Assembly: GCA_002269645.1 (NCBI GenBank)
Contig: NIVC01001151.1
Location: 186,001-250,000 of the forward strand
Reading direction: 5' to 3'
DNA: 64,000 bases
From: Macrostomum lignano
Taxonomy: Eukaryota
Numbering within the stretch: position 1 is the stretch's first letter; each line of letters opens with the position of its first letter. Below, in pieces: positions 14,025 to 25,000 of the stretch. The translations under genes and the position numbers were made by a program. The notes under the pieces were generated by a model, which searched no databases, was not told where the DNA came from, and saw only the letters and a program-made list of their open reading frames with translations.

Positions 14025-14908
14025 AATGATGGTGATAATGGTGATGCTGATAATGGTGATGCTGATGATGATGGTTTCCATACTTATGCTCAAATTCATT
14101 CCATTTCCATACTTATGCTCAAATTCATCCCATTTCCATACTTATCCTCAAATTCATCCCATCCCCGAACTCACCCCACGCAGGCACACAGCTGCACACA
14201 TTCAGCGCTTACCCCCTGGAGCGCGGCCTGGGCACCAAGTGCGTGGAGTGGTCGCCATCCTCCCAGTTCCTGGCAGTCGGCTGCTACGACGGCTCGCTGC
14301 GGCTGTTGAACAACATCACCTGGGAGCCGCTGGCCGAGATGCGCGGCCAGACCTGCGTGGAGCCGCCGCCATCCTCCTCAGCCTCTTCATCCGGGATCGT
14401 GGCTTATCGAGAAATCGAATCCCCATCCGGTTTGCCCAGATACGAGGCTTCACCACCCGGTGACCCTCCGATCCCCATCCCGGTGGTGAAGCCGGACCCC
14501 AGCAAGCCGAATCCCAAAGTGGGGATCGGAGCAGTGCACTTCTCGCCCTGCTCCCGGTACGTGGCATTTCGCGAGGACAGCCAGCCGGGGGCCCTGTGGC
14601 TGTGGGAGCTCAACAGGTTGAAGCCGAGCGCCCTGCTGCTGCACAGAAATCCCGTCCGATCGTTTGCTTGGGATCCGTCAGCTTTTAATCCTCCCAGACT
14701 GGCCATTGTGACCGGAACTCCGTGTGTGTACATGTGGTCAACCGCTGGCTGCTTGGCCGCTCAGGTGCCGCTCATGGACCGCTGCGGCGCATTCGTAATC
14801 ACCAGCGTCAGCTGGCATCCTGACGGAGACGCCCTGCTGCTCACATCCGATGCCGACGCCTGCGTGTGCTTCCTGGAGTCTGGCGGAGCTGCGGGACAGG
14901 CTGGATGA
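11917..14908 (+). CDS. WRAP73: WD-repeat protein WRAP73/WDR8 (centriolar/ciliogenesis); 4 exons: 11917..12144, 12299..12501, 12951..13165, 14184..14908
   Basis: MNFSE...VQ|[30 protein letters not shown]...; [13 protein letters not shown]; [17 protein letters not shown]; NPKVGIG align with human WRAP73 (from memory). All GT-AG junctions are phase-consistent (0,2,1). Confidence 0.93.
12515..12905. repeat. ~21-bp AAAATGGCACTCGGGTTCTAA array in WRAP73 intron 2
   Basis: Read directly. Confidence 0.85.
13173..14075. repeat. ~900-bp degenerate (GAT/GGT/AAT)n trinucleotide tract in WRAP73 intron 3
   Basis: Lies between the donor at 13166 and the acceptor at 14183. Confidence 0.95.
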
Positions 14909-14913
14909 AGCAA

Positions 14914-15478
14914 CATTGCTGAGCTGTGATTGGCTGATGGCTGAGTGTAGCTTTATTGCATTGCTGAGCTCTGATTGGCTGATGGCTGAGCGTACCTTTA
15001 TTGCATTGCTGAGCTGTGATTGGCTGATGACTGAGTGTAGCTTTATTGTATTGCTGAGCTGTGATTGGCTGATGGCTGAGTGTACCTTTATTGCATTGCT
15101 GAGCTCTGATTGGCTGATGACTGAGTGTAGCTTTATTGCATTGCTGAGCTGTGATTGGCTGATGGCTGAGTGTACCTTTATTGCATTGCTGAGCTGTGAT
15201 TGGCTGATGGCTGAGTGTAGTTTTATTGCATTACTGAGCTGTGATTGGCTGATGGCTGAGTTTAGCTTTATTGCATTGCTGAGCTCTGATTGGCTGATGG
15301 CTGAGTGTAGCTTTATTGCATTGCTGAGTTGTGATTGGCTGATGGCTGAGTCTAGTTTTATTGCATTGCTGAGCTGTGATTGGCTGATGGCTGAGTGTAG
15401 CTTTATTGCTTTGCTGAGCTGTGATTGGCTGATGGCTGAGTGTAGCTTTATTTCATTGCTGAGCTCTGATTGGCTGAT
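14914..15478. repeat. 45-bp minisatellite directly after the WRAP73 stop
   Basis: Unit ATTGCTGAGCTGTGATTGGCTGATGGCTGAGTGTAGCTTTATTGC. Confidence 0.9.
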
Positions 15479-15834
15479 CCACCGCATTACATTGCTGTGT
15501 CACCATTTCAAGGGTCTATTTTTAAAAGTCCTTCCTTCCGAATTCCAGTTACAATTCGATACTCATTAAGCTGCATATTTATAAATAGATGCAGGACATC
15601 TGTAGGTAAACAATTTTTTATTTCTTTTATATTAGGACTGCTTAGTAGGCTGTTTCGCGGTTTTTGTGTTAAATTGATTTCCTTCTTTGTGGCCACTTTG
15701 GTGAAAATCAATATTTTTAAATACGAAATCTGAATGTTTCCAATCAATATTGCATTGCGTTTAAGCGCTCGAGACATAAAATTCTTATAACATGTCCTGT
15801 CTTTAAAGAAATTTTTCAGTTTTTTCAGACTAAG

Positions 15835-16265
15835 AGGTAGAGCAAGAATCAGGAGAGTAGACTGAGAGGTAGAGTGAAAATCAGGAGAGTAGACTGAGAG
15901 GTAGAGCAAGAATCAGGAGAGTAGACTGAGAGGTAGAGTGAGAATCAGGAGAATAGAGTGAGAGGTAGAGTGAGAATCAGGTTGGTAGAGTGAGAGGTAG
16001 AGTGAGAGGTAGAGCCACAATCAGGATGGTAGAGTGAGAGGTAGAGCGAGAATCAGGAAGGTAGAGTGAGAGGTAGAGCGAGAATCAGGAAGGTAGAGTG
16101 AGAAGTAGAGCGAAAATCAGGAAGGTATAGTGAGAGGTAGAGCGAGAATCAGGAAGGTAGAGTGAGAGGTAGAGCCACAATCAGGAAGGTAGAGTGAGAG
16201 GTAGAGCGAGAATCAGGAAGGCAGAGTGAGAGGTAGAGCGAGAGGTAGAGTGAGAGGTAGAGTGA
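15835..16265. repeat. Purine-rich GAGAGGTAGAGTGAGAATCAGGAA-type array
   Basis: Read directly. Confidence 0.85.
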
Positions 16266-16324
16266 GCTCTCCCGTCCCCACCAGCTCAACCCAGTTCATC
16301 TCCTCGCACTTTCAGCCCGTCGCC

Positions 16325-17518
16325 ATGGCAACAACTCTGCAACAGTCTCGCCGCTGCTCCCTCGCCATCACAGTCCCAGACTCCAAGGATGAGGCGGTCT
16401 CTCCTTCATCGCCCTGCAGCATCTGTCGAATTTGTCGCGAGTCCGCGCCAGTGACAAGCTCGGGCACTGGCAGTGACAGTCAGCTGTGCCAGCCGTGCCA
16501 GTGCCGCGGCACCGTGGCTCATGTGCACCCGGCCTGCCTCTCTCGATGGCTCCAACGAAGCGGCTACGACAGGTGCGAGCTGTGCCAGCAGCCGTTCTCC
16601 ATCGGATTGTCTTCATCAAAGCCTCAGCCTCCCAAAGTTGGCGGTTCCTCATCTGCAGTTTGGGGAGTCTCATTGAGACTCTGCTTGGCTGTGCTGGCTC
16701 TCCTGTGCTCAGGCAGGGTCACCAGGCACTTGTTGGGTCACAGCGGCAGTGGGTCTCAGCTGGCATCTGTAAGCCAAGACATCCCACTTGGCTGCGCAGT
16801 CTCCATCATCAACTTGACTCTTATCTGGACATTTGCCAGCCGGTTCCGCATTCCAGCGCCAGTTGCTGAGCTGCTAGGAGTTCTAGTTCCGCTTGAGTCG
16901 GATTGTGATGAAGCTGAGCCAGGAGTCTGCTGGTATGGCAGGCTGCCAAATCGTTTGATTGGCCTGGCTTTGGCGAACTCAATCTCTGTTTTACTTGGTT
17001 GCTATGCCCCTTGGAAACTGTGCGAGTTCCTCATCGGATTGATTGACAGCTCGGCTAGTGATGCTTCATCAACTAGTTGGATTCTGGCACTGCCGCTGCT
17101 GGTGGCCGGTGCTGTTGCCACCGAGCTCTGCTGCGGTTCGAAACTCCGACCGCTGCTGCTGCCGCCTGCGGTTTTCTTTGCCGCGCCGATCTGCTGCGGA
17201 TTAGGGATTAGCAGCGCTGTGAACTACTGGAATCAGGAGGATTATCCCAGTGCAGGGATCGGTCTGGTGAACTGCTGGATCATCGGTGCCGTCTGTCTGT
17301 GCTCAGCTCGGCATCTGCTCGGCTGCTTGACCAACCAGGCTGAAAGCAGGAGCGATCCGGTCTTCTGCTTCTGCTTTTTTGACGCCTTTTTCAGTCTGGC
17401 CGATGCCAGCTGGACTGCGGCGGCTCGGGCCTTGGCTGAGGTGGCGCTTCTCGGAGCCCTTGGGGTGTCCGCCGGAGCACCTGTTGCTTGCCTTCTTGTG
17501 TCCGCTTCTGAGGCCTAG
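16325..17518 (+). CDS. RING-CH (RINGv, MARCH/Doa10-like) membrane E3 ubiquitin ligase, apparently intronless, ~397 aa
   Basis: C4HC3 pattern CRIC...CQCRGT..HVHPACL.RW...CELC followed by several hydrophobic segments; first ATG at 16325. Confidence 0.8.
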   Translation: MATTLQQSRRCSLAITVPDSKDEAVSPSSPCSICRICRESAPVTSSGTGSDSQLCQPCQCRGTVAHVHPACLSRWLQRSGYDRCELCQQPFSIGLSSSKPQPPKVGGSSSAVWGVSLRLCLAVLALLCSGRVTRHLLGHSGSGSQLASVSQDIPLGCAVSIINLTLIWTFASRFRIPAPVAELLGVLVPLESDCDEAEPGVCWYGRLPNRLIGLALANSISVLLGCYAPWKLCEFLIGLIDSSASDASSTSWILALPLLVAGAVATELCCGSKLRPLLLPPAVFFAAPICCGLGISSAVNYWNQEDYPSAGIGLVNCWIIGAVCLCSARHLLGCLTNQAESRSDPVFCFCFFDAFFSLADASWTAAARALAEVALLGALGVSAGAPVACLLVSASEA

Positions 17519-18237
17519 CTGTCTTCTGCTTTTTTATTGCTGCTCTGCTGCTTTTGCTTGACAAGCGGCTTTTTTTATAGTTTTTTGCACTGTCTGCTTG
17601 CTTTGACTCCGTCTGTGAGAACAGACTGCTTATCTCGAATCTCTGTCTATCTGCTCTCTCCCTCTGACTCATCCGCTCTCCCTCTGACTCATCCGCTCTG
17701 CTACTTTCACCCATCCTACCTCTCTGAATATGTGCTTACTATTTTGCCTTTCAATAAAATAGCTCAGAGTGAGTACTTTCATACTCATACGTCAGCTGGC
17801 TGTGTTATCCCAACTCAGCTGACGAGAGCCGGCCATGGACTGTTAATCTTCGTAGTCCATGCAGCTCTGTGCTGTTGCTATTAGTCAGAATAGCTGAAAT
17901 TTAAATTGGAGTTTCTTTTCACCGTGAGCCTAATTGGCACCCAACATTATTCATTCCATCACCTAGCATCTTCCATCAAGGTTTATTTAATCAGCTCTTA
18001 TAAGTTTCTCCATTGCTTACCTAATTCATATCGCACATTTTTATGCTGCATAAATTGAACAGCCATTCCATTTTTCAATGTTTTTTATGTTCAGCATCGT
18101 TTTGCTGTCAGTAGCTTTCAGTAACTCTATGAAGTGCCTCTATGTAATTTCTGAATATATATATAATATAATATAATATAATATATCGTTTGTTGGATAA
18201 TGCCGACTAATGCTGACTTCATGAATTGATTTTTCTT

Positions 18238-18890
18238 CAGGGGTAGCATCAACCTACTGAAGGGTTCTCAGGGGTAGCATGAAGCTACTGAATGGTATTC
18301 ACGGGGTAGCATGAAGCTGCCAAAGGGTTCTCAGGGTAGCATGAACCTACTGAAGGGTTCTCAGGGGTAGCATGAAGCTACTGAAGGGTTCTAAGGGGTA
18401 GCATGAAACTGCCAAAGGGTTCTCAGGGTAGCATGAACCTACTGAAGGGTTCTCAGGGGTAGCATGAAGCTACTGAAGGGTATTCAGGGGTAGCATGAAG
18501 CTACTGAAGGGTCCTCAGGGGTAGCATGAAGCTACTGAAGGGTTCTCAGGGGTAGCATGAAGCTGCTGAGGGGTCCTCAGGGGTAGCATGAAGCTACTGA
18601 AGGGTATTCAGGGGTAGCATGAAGCTGCTGAGGGGTCCTCAGGGGTAGCATGAAGCTACTGAGGGGTCCTCAGGGGTAGCATGAAGCTACTGAAGGGTTC
18701 TAAGGGGTAGCATGAAGCTACTGAAGGGTTCTAAGGGGTAGCATGAAGCTACTGAGGGGTCCTCAGGGGTAGCATGAAGCTACTGAAGGGTTCTAAGGGG
18801 TAGCATGAAGCTTCTGAAGGGTTCTCAGGGTAGCATCAAGCTACTGAAGGGTCTTCAGGGGTAGCATGAAGCTACTGAAGGGTCTTCAGG
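18238..18890. repeat. 31-bp minisatellite (GGGGTAGCATGAAGCTACTGAAGGGTTCTCA)
   Basis: Read directly. Confidence 0.9.
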
Positions 18891-19019
18891 GTTTATTTGG
18901 TTCAGGGGTCTCTGAGTCGCCATCCAACCAACCAAAACTCAGCATCCCAGCCTGTCAATCAAGTTGCAGGTTGCCCCAGCGCCGCAGCCATTGCAGCGGC
19001 ATCCCAGCAGACAGCAGCG

Positions 19020-22000
19020 ATGAACCTGCGGCTGCTTCTAGCGAGATCTCCGTGTCCAGGCTGCTATTATTCCAGATTCGCCATCAGAGTTGGCTCAGCG
19101 GCTGCTGCAGTGCTCTGCCTCTTGTTTATCGGTGAGAAGCTGTGCTGCATCTCTGTCTGGCTCATGCAGATCCATAAAGCTGGTCTGTTGTATCTCAGTC
19201 AGCTGTGTGTACTACAATAGGCCCCTGTTGTATCTATACTGCATATTGCAGTCAGCTCTGTGTGTACTCCAATAAGCCCCTGTTGTATCTATACTGCATA
19301 TTGCAGTCAGCTCTGTGTACTACAATAGGCCCCTGTTGTATCTATACTGCATATTGCAGTCAGCTGTGTGTACTGCAATAGGCCCCTGTTGTATCTATAC
19401 TGCATATTGCAGTCAGCTCTGTGTGTACTACAATAGGCCCCAGTTTTATCTATACTGCATATTGCAGTCAGCTGTGTAAACTACAATAGGCCCCTGTTGT
19501 ATCTATACTGCATATTGCAGTCAGCTCTGTGTGTACTCCAATAAGCCCCTGTTGTATCTATACTGCATATTGCAGTCAGCTGTGTGTACTACAATAGGCC
19601 CCTGTTGTATCTATACTGCATATTGCAGTCAGCTGTGTGTACTGCAATAGGCCTCTGTTGTATCTATACTGCATATTGCAGTCAGCTCTGTGTGTACTAC
19701 AATAGGCCCCTGTTGTATCTATACTGCATATTGCAGTCAGCTCTGTGTGTACTATAATAGGCCCCTGTTGTATCAATACTGCATATTGCAGTCAGCTGTG
19801 TGTGTACTATAATAGGCCCCTGTTGTATCTATACTGCATATTGCAGTCAGCTCTGTGTGTACTATAATAGGCCCCTGTTGTATCAATACTGCATATTGCA
19901 GTCAGCTGTGTGTACTGCAATAGGCCCCTGTTGTATCTATACTGCATATTGCAGTCAGCTGTGTGTACTACAATAGGCCCCTGTTGTATCTATACTGCAT
20001 ATTGCAGTCTGCTGTGTGTACTACAATATGGGTGGCATCTGTGTGTACTACAATAGGCCCCTGTTGTATCCATATTGCATATTGCAGTCAGCTCTGTGTA
20101 CTACAATAGGCCTGCAGCCTACAGCAGCGGCGGAGCTAACAGTTTGAGTTTGCGAGATGACTGCAGCTGTGAAGCTAACTGACCTCAGCTTAACTCTCTG
20201 ATCTTGTAATTGCAGCTGCTGTTTATATGTTTGTCATCAATGACTCACTGCATAGCCGTATGACTCATTTCAAAAACACTTTGAGTCTCACCAATTCAAA
20301 AAATTCACCCAATGACTCTTTGTCAGTTAAGGACCATATGACTCACTCAATGACCATATGACTCACTCAATGACCATATGACTCTTTCAATGACCATATG
20401 ACTCACTCAATGACCATATGACCCACTCAATGACCATATGACCCACTCAATGACCATATGACTCACTCAATGATCATATGACTCACGTAATGCCTATATG
20501 ACTCCTTCAATGACCATATGACTCACTCAATGATCATATGACCCACTCAATGACCATATGACCCACTCAATGATCATATGACTCACTCAATGATCATATG
20601 ACTCACGTAATGACTATATGACTCATTCAATTACCATATGACTCACTCAATGATCATATGACTCATTCAATGACCCAATGACCCATTAAATAACCATGAA
20701 TGACTCACCCAATCATTACATAACTCAATAGCTCGTTAACCCTAGCCATTTGATAACTCACTTGTAAAGTGTATACCAGCTGACGCACCCAATGACTCAC
20801 TCAACTGCTATCTAACTTTCTCAGTGTTTCACTGTCTCTGACTCCCTTCAATGACTTGCTGACCCACTCACTGACTCATCGTGCAACACTCCCCCTCATA
20901 CGCAGCCAACAGCATACTCAGGTCAGCGCTGCAGCCTGCTCAATTGGCAGACAAACTTCAGAATGCCCAATTCGACACGGGCAGCAGAGTCGGTGGCGAC
21001 CGTCTGCCAGCAGTCGGTGGTGGCGCAGACGAGCTGCACAGACTGGCTCAGCACCTGCGGTTGGTGTACACCGTCACGGCTAACACCGATTCGGGGGCGG
21101 CTCGCACTCTGTTGTCATCCGGCTGGGAAATCCGTTTAAAACTCGGCTGGGAGCCGGAATCCGATGGAGAATGTACTTTTCATTGATGCACCCCGTTGTG
21201 CAGCACCAGACGGGTGGCGGCTGCGGCCGGAAGCTGCAGTTTATATTCAAGCACGTCAATGGCTACCTGCACTACCTGGAGCCGACGGGTGAGGCGGCCG
21301 CTGACGGCCTGCCACCTGGGGACGACTGCCTGATTGAGTACACTGGCAATGGCCACATTATTGGCAGGTAAGTGCTTAGAGTAGCTTGAAAAATGGCATC
21401 GAGTTCTGGCCATACTGCTTTACAGTAGAAATGCAAGACAATAGCATCGTATTTTAATATCCTACTTACAGTAGAAATGCAAGACAATAGCATCCTATTT
21501 TAACTATCCTACTCACAGTAGAAATGCAAGACAATAGCATCGTATTTTAATTATCCTACTTACAGTAGAAATGCAAGACAATAGCATCGTATTTTAATAT
21601 CCTACTTACAGTATAAATGCAAGACAATAGCATCCTATTTTAATTATCCTACTCACAGTAGAAATGCAAGACAATAGCATCGTATTTTAATTATCCTACT
21701 TACAGTAGAAATGCAAGACAATAGCATCGTATTTTAATATCCTACTCACAGTAGAAATGCAAGACAATAGCATCGTATTTTAATTATCCTACTTACAGTA
21801 GAAATGCAAGACAATAGCATCGTATTTTAATTATCCTACTTACAGTAGAAATGCAAGACAATAGCATCGTATTTTAATTACCCTACTTGTAGTAAAAATG
21901 CAAGACAATGGCATCGTATTTTAATTATCCTACTTTCAGTAGAAATGCAAGAAAAATCCACAAAATCCGCTCACAGATACGACGCCTTCCCCAACTGGTA

Positions 22001-25000
22001 CCTGGTGCCTCTGATGCCGCCCAGTTTCCAAGACGAGTCGCCGCAGGCGGTTGTTGTCGAATGCACGGCCGGATTGGCCAATCAGTTCGTGGCGCCGCTC
22101 CTCACGCCGGCCCAGTTCAAACGAGGCCAGGCGGACGCGCACTCGCCTTGGACACCGGAGGAGAGAGAGCGGCGAAGGCTGGCCTACCTGGGCGGCAGGT
22201 GAGGCAGTCGGATTGGATGAGAGGCCTGCCGGCTTTGCAGTGGGGCACTGGTTACTCAATTATCCTCGGGTTACTGTGGGATTCGAACCCCGGACGTCCC
22301 GTGGGTTACCTTCGCTTGTCCATGACGGGATCTTTCACCTCCGCTCTCTCACCCTCGACTCTCACCCTCCCTGCTCTCACCCTCCCTGCTCTCACCCTCC
22401 CTGCTCTCTCACCCTCTACTCACCCTCTGCTCTTACCCTCTGCTCTTACTCTCTCTCTACCCAACCTCAAGACTCGGACCCCCAACCGCACGACTCAAAA
22501 CCCCCCACCGAAAGACTCAAACTCCCAACCGCGAGACTCGAACCCCCAACCGCAAGACTCGAACCCCCAACCGCAAGACTCGAACCCCCAACCACAAGAC
22601 TCGAACCCCCAACCACAAGACTCGAACCCCCAACCGCAAGACTCGAATCCCCAACCGCAAGACTCGAACCCCCAACCGCAGGACTCGAACCCCCAACCGC
22701 AAGACAACGAACCCCCAACCGCAAGACTCGAACCTCTAACCGACTCCAGAGAGGCGCCCTCCAAGTCCGCGCCGCCGCCGCGCCTGGTCCCGGCGCCAAT
22801 CCACGTGCAGCCGCTGCCGCCCGGACAGCTCGGGCTGCCCCTGGCCGGACTGCTGCTGGCCGCCAGAATCCGAAGCGAAGTCGGCTGCGACTCGGCCGAG
22901 CTCACCTTGGCCTACCTTGAGGAGCGGAGGAAGGCCCTGTCCCCAGCCTCATCAGCGGCAGCTGAGCCCATAGACATCTCGCTGTGCGCCAGGCCTGAGG
23001 AGGCGGCCCTGACGGCAGCGCTGGCCAGCACAAAGCAGCCGGCTCTGCTCCAGTTTCAGCGCAGGTGGGCCTATCTGCTCAGATTCCACCCGACAAGGCG
23101 GCGACTCGAGCTTCGAGCATTCGCTCCCGAAGGCCTGTTCGCCGCTGCCCAGACTCTGCTGGCCCTGCTGCACGATCCCGGGCCTCCGCTGAGCGTTCGC
23201 TCCGTGCTGGATTATCCGAGATTTGAGTACCGCGGACTCATGCTAGACGTGGCCAGGAACATGCAGCCTCTGCCTGTGCTGCTCAAGATACTTGACGTCA
23301 TGGCCATGTACAAGCTCAACAAACTGCACCTGCACCTGTCCGATGATGAGGGCCTTCGGCTGCCCATCACCGACGCCTTCAAGCTGGCGAGCAGGCGGTG
23401 CCACGACCCCAGCGGGAAGCTGTGCCTGCCGCCTCAGCTGGGATCGCATCCCACCGATGGGAGACCGCCTGGGGTTGGGTACTACAGCTCTACTGAGTAT
23501 GCCCAGCTGCTCAAGTATGCTGCCGACAGGTTCATTGAGGTCATTCCTGAGGTCAGTGCTCTCTGATCCCCATCACTATCCCTCTGATCCCCATCATTTA
23601 TCCCTCTGATCCCCATCACTATCCCTCTGATCCCCATCATCATCCCACTGATCCTCATCATTATCTCACTGATCCCCATCATTATCCCCCTGATCCCCAT
23701 CATTATCCCTCTGATCCCCATCACTATCCCACTGATCCCCATCATCATCCCACTGATCCTCATCATTATCCCACTGATCTTCATCATTATCCCCCTGATC
23801 CCTCACCAACATCATTACACCCTCACCAACCCCACACCCAGCATCCCCATCAATCCCACACCCAGCATCCCCATAAATCCCACACCCAGCATCCCCATCA
23901 ATCCTACACCCAGCATCCCCATAAATCCCACACCCAGCATCCCCATCAACCCCACACCCAGCATCCCCATCAACCCCACACCCAGCATCCCCATCAATCT
24001 CACACCCATCATCCCACACCCATCATCCCACACCCAGCATCCCCATCAATCCCACACCCAGCATCCCCATCAATCCCACACCCAGCATCCCCATCAATCC
24101 CACACCCAGCATCCCATCTCCATCACCAGGTGGACATGCCAGCCCACACCCAGCATCCCATCTCCATCACCAGGTGGACATGCCAGCCCACGCCCACTCG
24201 CTGATCGCAGCCCACCGCCACCGAGCTCAGCTCACGGACCCCGGAGACCCCAGCAGGCCCGTCAGCGTGCAGAACTACTTCAACAACAGCCTGAACCCGT
24301 GCATGCCGGACACCCAGCAGCTGGTGCGCAGAGTGGTGTCTGACCTGGTCCGCCTGCACTCCCTGGCCGGCGTCCCGCTGAGCACCTTCAACTTTGGTGG
24401 CGACGAGCCCCCCGGAGACGCGTGGCAGGCCTCTCCAGCCTGCCAGCGACTGGGCCTGGGCAGCAGGGACTCCATCAACCGGCTGTTCTTGAGAACTGTG
24501 GCAGAGCAGGCCGGCAGGCACGGGCTGTCTCTGATGGGCTGGGAAGACGGCTACGTTGTCAAGGACTCGGACAAGAGGCCGTACAACCTTACTGAAGTTC
24601 TTGCCACTGCGGACCGGCGGCCTAACGGGTCTCTGGTGCTGAGCTGGCTGAACCAGATGGCATGGGGCTCTGGGACCTGGCGTACAAGTTTGCCAATCAG
24701 GGGTACAAAGTGAGTGGCATTTATGTTTGGTGACCGCCCTCCCAGATCCTCAGTTGCTGTGCCAGCATCCCAGATCCTCAGTTGCTGGGCCAGCCTCCCA
24801 GATCCTCAGTTGCTGTGCCAGCATCCCAGATCCTCAGTTGCTGTGCCAGCATCCCAGATCCTCAGTTGCTGGGCCAGCCTCCCAGATCCTCGGTTGCTGG
24901 GCCAGGCGGCCTCCCAGATCCTCGGTTGCTGGGCCAGCATCCCAGATCCTCAGTTGCTGGGCCAGCCTCCCAGACCCTCAGCAAGCCGAAATCCCCAGCT

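Noticed and set aside
12789-14099. Poly-Asp, poly-His and poly-Met ORFs
   Set aside because: (GAT)n tract wholly inside WRAP73 intron 3; flanking exons join in frame without it.
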